NCBI GenBank assembly: GCA_031416075.1
Contig: JANOSY010000005.1
Coordinates: forward strand, 32,912 to 96,911
DNA from: Candidatus Tenderia sp.
GTDB lineage: Bacteria; Pseudomonadota; Gammaproteobacteria; Tenderiales; Tenderiaceae
Reading direction: 5' to 3'
DNA length: 64,000 bases
The first letter of the stretch is position 1, and every line of letters begins with the position of its first letter. The notes beneath the pieces were generated by a model. It was given only the letters and a program-made list of their open reading frames with translations, had not been told where the DNA came from and ran no database searches. Of the stretch, positions 58,585 through 64,000 are shown piece by piece. The position numbers were made by a program, and so were the translations under genes.

Positions 58585-59733
58585 TCAGAGCTGCGTCAAA
58601 CAGAAACTCCCTGCATGGGTCACCCGATTCCGCCCGCCGGCCTTGGCATCGTAGAGCACCTTATCGGCCTGACCGATGAGGTTGTGGCCAGCACGTGGCT
58701 CCAGTTTGCTGTTGGCAGCGCACTTCATGGTCGCAACACCAATAGAGATGGTGACATTGAAGGGTGGAAACTCATCGGTCTTGAAGATGTGGTCGGCAAT
58801 ACTGCGACGGATACGCTCCGCCACCTCCACCGCCTCTTCACCGCCGGTATTGGCCAGCAGGGTACTGAACTCCTCACCGCCGTAACGTGACAGTACGTCA
58901 CTGCCTCGCAGCTGGGTCCGGATCAGCGCCGCCACTTCGCGCAGCACCAGATCCCCCACCTGATGGCCATAGGTATCGTTGACCTTTTTAAAGTGATCAA
59001 CATCGAGCAGCATACAAGAGAGTGGTTTGCCGGAGCGACCCGCTGATTCCACCTCCTCTTTCATCCGTTGATCAAAGAAGCGGCGATTATTAATAGAGGT
59101 CAGGGTATCGGTCAGCCCCTGACGTTTAAGCCGCTCTAGGTTGATACCGTTTTCGATACAGATAGCGACAACCGCAACAAAGTGTTCAAGAAAATCGGTC
59201 CGCACACCCCGCACAAAACGGTCGGCGTCGTAGCTACCGATATTCAGGCTGCCAATCAGCCGGCCATAACGGACCAACGGCAGCAGGGCGATGCTGGCCG
59301 GTTTTTTACGGGCGTGGGAGAAGAGTTTGGCGTGTTTGGTGGCGCGATAGTCGCCTAACAGGGGAAATAACGAGGCGTTGTAGAGCTCGTGCATCTCTTT
59401 CAGGCTGGTGGCAAAAATCAGCTCCGGGACATTATCAAACACGATCCCCTCATCATCCAGTATCCGTTTTACCTCATATTCAGGGTCAAACAGCAGCAGG
59501 CTGACCTCGTCCCAGCTCACGGTGGAGGCGTCAGGGAGAATAATCGCCTCCACCAGCTCACGCAGTGAGTTCAGACTCACCAGCTTCAGCTCCAGTGCTT
59601 GAAAGCGACGTAGTTTGTATTCATTATTCCGCGCCTCTGCCATAAAGTCAGAGAGACGCTGCTTGAGTAGACGATTGTACGCCTGGAGCTCTTTGCTCAT
59701 ACCTTCGTGCGAATGATCAATTGCTGCCAACAT
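58585..59733 (-). CDS. diguanylate cyclase with DUF484/GAF-like N-terminal domain
   Basis: D.DHFK.VND.YGH..GD, RGSD I-site, GGEEF; start approximate. Confidence 0.9.
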   Translation of the reverse strand: MLAAIDHSHEGMSKELQAYNRLLKQRLSDFMAEARNNEYKLRRFQALELKLVSLNSLRELVEAIILPDASTVSWDEVSLLLFDPEYEVKRILDDEGIVFDNVPELIFATSLKEMHELYNASLFPLLGDYRATKHAKLFSHARKKPASIALLPLVRYGRLIGSLNIGSYDADRFVRGVRTDFLEHFVAVVAICIENGINLERLKRQGLTDTLTSINNRRFFDQRMKEEVESAGRSGKPLSCMLLDVDHFKKVNDTYGHQVGDLVLREVAALIRTQLRGSDVLSRYGGEEFSTLLANTGGEEAVEVAERIRRSIADHIFKTDEFPPFNVTISIGVATMKCAANSKLEPRAGHNLIGQADKVLYDAKAGGRNRVTHAGSFCLTQL

Positions 59734-59974
59734 TGACTGCCCCCACCTCTGACGAGAATCAGAACGTCCCGTGACCGATGTTGCAAAACACTTACCTCTT
59801 GCCACGATCCCGTCTGTACTACAAACATGACGCTTCCCACGGGGTTATTAACGGGCAAGGCGGTGACTCCTTTAGCGGCAAAGCGATAATTGTAGTTAAA
59901 GATGTTGCGCCAAACTGTGACCCCGTTCACCAAATCACACATCAATGGAGATTCCACGGGTATAATCGCCGGCC

Positions 59975-61999
59975 ATGGAACTGACCTATCTACAGCCGCT
60001 GTTTGACTGGATTGCCCAACACCCGCACTGGGCCGGATTCATTGTCTTTTTAATCGCGTTTACGGAGTCACTGGCCATTGTCGGCCTGTTTATCCCCGGT
60101 GCCGTGCTGATGCTGGCTGTGGGGGCCTTGATCGGTACGGGCACACTCAACTTCTGGCCGACCTTCTGGTGGGCAGTGGCGGGGGCGGTAGCGGCAGATG
60201 GCATCAGTTTCTGGCTTGGGCACCACTACAAACAGCGGCTCCGCACACTCTGGCCCTTTAGCCGTTATCCGGCACTGCTCGACCATGGCGAGCGATTTCT
60301 CGCCCAACATGGCGGCAAAAGTGTACTGTTTGGCCGTTTTTTCGGTCCGGCACGCGCCATTGTGCCGGTCAGTGCCGGAATTATGGGCATGCCGGCGGAC
60401 CGCTTTCTCTTTGCCAATATCACCTCTGCCCTGGTCTGGGCGCCGGCCTTTTTACTGCCGGGCATGGCCTTTGGTGCCTCACTCAATCTGGCGGCAGAGA
60501 TAGCCTCGCGGCTGGCACTGCTGCTAATCGGCATTATTGTGCTGGTCTGGTTCAGCCTCTGGTGTGGCAGACGTCTCTACCTGTTGCTCGCCCCCCACAC
60601 CACCGAGATGGGCGAGCGGTTGACACAGTGGGGACGCCAACATCCCAGATGGAGACGGATCAGCACCATCCTGCTGGATCCACAACAGCCCGAAACCAAG
60701 GCGCTCACCTTTGTAGCATTGACACTGGTGACGCTTGCGTGGTTGATGCTGACGCTGTTTGAACAGTTCAGTATCACCGCCTCCCTCGCCCGCCTCGACC
60801 ACAGCACCTACCAGCTACTGCAAGGGCTGCGCTCACCGTGGGGCGATCAGCTCATGACCGTTGTTTCGCAGCTGGGTGATGGCACCGTGCAGGCGGCGCT
60901 GGTGATCATGCTCGCCCTCTGGTTACTGTGGCAGCGGCGCTGGCTGGCGGCTGGCCACTGGCTGGCGGCGGCTCTGTTTGCCACCCTGGCCAGCTGGATA
61001 CTCAAACAGAGTCTACAGCTGCCACGGCCACAACCGTTTTATGACGGTGCCATGAGCTTCAGCTTCCCCAGCGCCCACACCCTGCTGGCCGCTGCACTCT
61101 ACGGTTTTCTCTCAATACTGGTTGCCCGTGAGCTGCCACCACGCTGGCGTTGGTTGAGTTATACCAGCGCCTGGACCCTCATCCTCAGCATCGCCTTTTC
61201 ACGACTCTATCTAGGGGCGCACTGGCTCTCCGATGTGGTTGGTGGCATTCTTCTGGGGTTGATCTGGGCCGCCGCACTGGGTGTCGCCTATCGCCACCAC
61301 CTAGCCCCCCGGATACCGCTCGCTGGGCTGCTGGGCGTGCCGCTGCTCACACTCATCATCGTCGGTAGTTGGCATGTCATAGAGAGCCATGAGATGAATC
61401 TGGCCCGATACGCACCCCACTACATCACCCAATCCACCACCCATGAGCAGTGGCTGGCCAGCGACTGGCAGCGTTTGCCCAGCCACCGCATCGATACCCG
61501 TGGTGTTGAAAAACAGCCGCTCAACCTGCAGTGGTCCGGCACATTGGCAGAGCTGCAACAACATCTAGGTGAACTTGGCTGGCAGCAGGAGCTGCCACTC
61601 ACCTTTAAAAGTACCATGCAGTGGCTCAACCCCAATGCGACCCTGGCAGAACTCCCGCAACCACCGTTGGCACACGACGGGCGCGCCCCGGCTTTGGTCA
61701 TGGTATTGCCAGAACAGAAGCTGCTATTACGCCTCTGGCCATCAATACTCACACTTGAGGGGCAACCGCACACTATCTGGATTGGTCACGTTGGGCATGA
61801 ACACCTGACTGAACTGCCGCTGATCCGTTTTCCCAGCCTGGGCAGCGACTTTGATACACCGTTGCAGCAGTTCAAACCGTTCGTGGCAACCGCCCACTGG
61901 CAGCTCAAACAGCGCCCCCTGAACGGCAACAGCGCATCACACTGGCACGGCGAGGTGCTGCTGCTCTGGTCTAACAACTATATAGAAGGTGTGCCGTGA
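59975..61999 (+). CDS. DedA-PAP2-LssY-like fusion membrane protein
   Basis: ESLAIVGLFIPG...GRFFGP (DedA); K...RP, SFPSAH, SRLYLGAHWLSDV (PAP2); C-terminal PLNLQW. Confidence 0.9.
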   Translation: MELTYLQPLFDWIAQHPHWAGFIVFLIAFTESLAIVGLFIPGAVLMLAVGALIGTGTLNFWPTFWWAVAGAVAADGISFWLGHHYKQRLRTLWPFSRYPALLDHGERFLAQHGGKSVLFGRFFGPARAIVPVSAGIMGMPADRFLFANITSALVWAPAFLLPGMAFGASLNLAAEIASRLALLLIGIIVLVWFSLWCGRRLYLLLAPHTTEMGERLTQWGRQHPRWRRISTILLDPQQPETKALTFVALTLVTLAWLMLTLFEQFSITASLARLDHSTYQLLQGLRSPWGDQLMTVVSQLGDGTVQAALVIMLALWLLWQRRWLAAGHWLAAALFATLASWILKQSLQLPRPQPFYDGAMSFSFPSAHTLLAAALYGFLSILVARELPPRWRWLSYTSAWTLILSIAFSRLYLGAHWLSDVVGGILLGLIWAAALGVAYRHHLAPRIPLAGLLGVPLLTLIIVGSWHVIESHEMNLARYAPHYITQSTTHEQWLASDWQRLPSHRIDTRGVEKQPLNLQWSGTLAELQQHLGELGWQQELPLTFKSTMQWLNPNATLAELPQPPLAHDGRAPALVMVLPEQKLLLRLWPSILTLEGQPHTIWIGHVGHEHLTELPLIRFPSLGSDFDTPLQQFKPFVATAHWQLKQRPLNGNSASHWHGEVLLLWSNNYIEGVP

Positions 62000-62352
62000 A
62001 AAACCGCGGTTTTATCGCCCGCCTCGGCTACGCCCTGGCCGGTGTACAGGCGGCATGGCGGCAAGAGAGGAGTTTTCGCACTCAGGGTGGCTGTGCAGTT
62101 GCAGCCTTGGTCCTGCTGCTGCTATTGCGCCCCGCGCCACTCTGGTGGGCGCTGACAGGCATTATGGTAACGCTGGTGCTTGCTGCTGAGCTGTTCAACA
62201 CCGCCCTCGAGCAACTCGCCGACCATCTTCACCCCGAGCAGCACCCCAATATCAAACTGGTCAAAGATTGTGCCGCCGCTGCCGTGCTGCTGCTCAGCCT
62301 GGGGGCGCTATGGCTGGCGGTTTTCATGGTGATTGATTATTTTCAGCCGTAA
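61996..62352 (+). CDS. dgkA: diacylglycerol/undecaprenol kinase family
   Basis: E.SFR, ELFNTALE...D, KD.AAAAV; GTGA overlap with upstream gene. Confidence 0.88.
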   Translation: MKNRGFIARLGYALAGVQAAWRQERSFRTQGGCAVAALVLLLLLRPAPLWWALTGIMVTLVLAAELFNTALEQLADHLHPEQHPNIKLVKDCAAAAVLLLSLGALWLAVFMVIDYFQP

Positions 62353-62357
62353 CAGGC

Positions 62358-63407
62358 TCACGACTCCACCTCAAAACCACCCAGCACCCACTGCGGCATA
62401 CCCGAATGCCCCACACAGACCAGATTGTTCAGCCCCATAATGGAGAGGTTGGCAAAGGCCGTTTGGGCACGACGCCCGGAACGGCAGTAGAGATAGACCC
62501 GCTTATATTGTCTCAGCTCATCCGCAGACTGCCCCTCCGTGCCAAACGGAATATTACGACTGCCCGGCACATGGCCAATCTCATACTCCTCCGGGGTGCG
62601 ATTATCGACAATCAGCTCATCAGCACTAAGCTTACCCCAAGCCTTAAAAAGATCCGACATCGAAAACTCTTCATGCAGATAACGCTTAGGGTCGAAGCTG
62701 ATGCCCGATGCCAGATTGGCGGGCACGGCCTCGTTGATCTTTTTTGGCAGATCGAGATCAAGGTTGTTCATCAGTGCGACAAACTCCTCACGGCTCCGGT
62801 TATTACCAAGGCGCGGATTCCAGCGTTTCTCTTCACCGATGGTGGAACAGCACCGACCATTGTAGTCATGCGCCGGATAGAGAATCGTTGCATCCGGCAA
62901 GGTAAACAATTTCTGCGTAACGCTACTGTAAAGTGTGTCAGCACTGCCCTGTTGAAAATCGGTACGGCCACAGCCATGAATCAACAAGGCATCACCACTG
63001 AAAAGCATGCCATCAACGTAATAGCTCACACAGCCATCGGTATGGCCGGGGGTCGCAATCACATTGATTTTGTACTGGCCAAACTTTAATTCACTGCCAT
63101 CCTCGGCTGCCACATCAATCGCCTGCACCCCCGCCGCTGCACCATAGACAATCTTTGCCCCGGTCTGCTGCCGGATCATACCCGCCGCCGTCACATGGTC
63201 CGCATGGACGTGGGTCTCCATCACGTAGTGCAGCTCCACACCCAGCTCACGGATCAACCCCAGGTCACGCTCCAACTGCTCACGCACCGGATCGATCAGC
63301 ACCCCCTGCCGAGTGGCCGGATCAATCAGCAGATAGGTATACGTCCAGGTATCACGATCAGAAAGCTGGCGCACCACTAACGTTGGACGGGTAATCTCTA
63401 ACGACAT
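62358..63407 (-). CDS. persulfide dioxygenase (ETHE1-like MBL)-rhodanese fusion
   Basis: TYTYL, ETHVHADH, TPGHT, GCGRTDFQ, YPAHDY, EEKRWNPRL; C-terminal CRSGRRA. Confidence 0.9.
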   Translation of the reverse strand: MSLEITRPTLVVRQLSDRDTWTYTYLLIDPATRQGVLIDPVREQLERDLGLIRELGVELHYVMETHVHADHVTAAGMIRQQTGAKIVYGAAAGVQAIDVAAEDGSELKFGQYKINVIATPGHTDGCVSYYVDGMLFSGDALLIHGCGRTDFQQGSADTLYSSVTQKLFTLPDATILYPAHDYNGRCCSTIGEEKRWNPRLGNNRSREEFVALMNNLDLDLPKKINEAVPANLASGISFDPKRYLHEEFSMSDLFKAWGKLSADELIVDNRTPEEYEIGHVPGSRNIPFGTEGQSADELRQYKRVYLYCRSGRRAQTAFANLSIMGLNNLVCVGHSGMPQWVLGGFEVES

Positions 63408-63673
63408 AAAAAGCTCCTGGCCAGCAAAATTCAGATAAAAAACTAATGTTCCGGCGATTATCGCACGATACAGAAAAGCGGTTTAGTGCATCAACGTGTT
63501 GCAAAGTAGCTCAGCAGCGCCTCATGAAAGTGCAGCTCCCCCACAACAACCGCCCCTTCACCGCCATGGAAACACAATAGAGCCAAATATCATCACCTTA
63601 ACGCAGGCGCAACAGACTGGCATGTTAATTGATGTACAACAACAGCAACCCACATCAAACGGGAGATAGTAAG

Positions 63674-63841
63674 ATGAACAACAACGTCAACTTTAACGGC
63701 TTTATTGACCCCTACCAAGAAGGGGAGTCACCCGAGGCAACCAATGGTGCGGCCACCAATACCGCCCATATCACCCCCCCTTATCGCCCCGGCGTGCTGT
63801 TTGATATCGCCGATGAGAGCGATATTGAGGTCAGTGAATAG
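63674..63841 (+). CDS. 55-aa acidic hypothetical protein
   Basis: GGGAG RBS before ATG 63674; no recognised motif. Confidence 0.5.
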   Translation: MNNNVNFNGFIDPYQEGESPEATNGAATNTAHITPPYRPGVLFDIADESDIEVSE

Positions 63842-64000
63842 CTATAACAGAAAACACTCCGATTGTGTCGCTACTTCGTTACCTATTTTGGGCGTCCATG
63901 CCCAAAATAGACTCACTTACGCGACAGCTGATTCCTTTTGCCCCGACCGTCCTGCGTCCGCCGCGTCTCCGTATGGCATTGTCCATAAATGGACTCGCCA

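Overview
Chromosomal window of a moderately GC-rich gammaproteobacterium. The taxon is inferred from synteny, and a persulfide dioxygenase-rhodanese fusion hints at sulfur metabolism. Mostly core genome: LysM(tsaP-like)<>def-fmt-rsmB-DUF4390-ntrY/ntrX-like-trkA-trkH, plsY<>folB-folK, msrB, a LysR<>DoxX-CDGSH-pirin-flavodoxin redox cluster, a B12-radical SAM gene, tmcA, greB, dedA, dsbA-acetolactate synthase-EEP, engB, polA, a gspC-N type II secretion operon, an OmpA-like lipoprotein, a SadB-like YbaK-HDOD protein, rhodanese-MoeB, GGDEF, DedA/PAP2-dgkA. No rRNA, tRNA, CRISPR array, integrase or intact transposase was seen. The best signals lie outside the ORF track: (1) a ~130-nt four-hairpin sRNA with C-rich loops and a sigmaE-type promoter downstream of polA; (2) an unannotated 58-aa ORF with RBS and downstream hairpin, just behind the B12-radical SAM gene; (3) an AT-rich orphan gene with integron-cassette-like ends next to REP doublets; (4) a 128-bp TA-flanked MITE upstream of the OmpA-like gene; (5) an unannotated 52-aa membrane protein; (6) an orphan JmjC-like oxygenase. 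All calls come from reading motifs by eye; no database searches were run.
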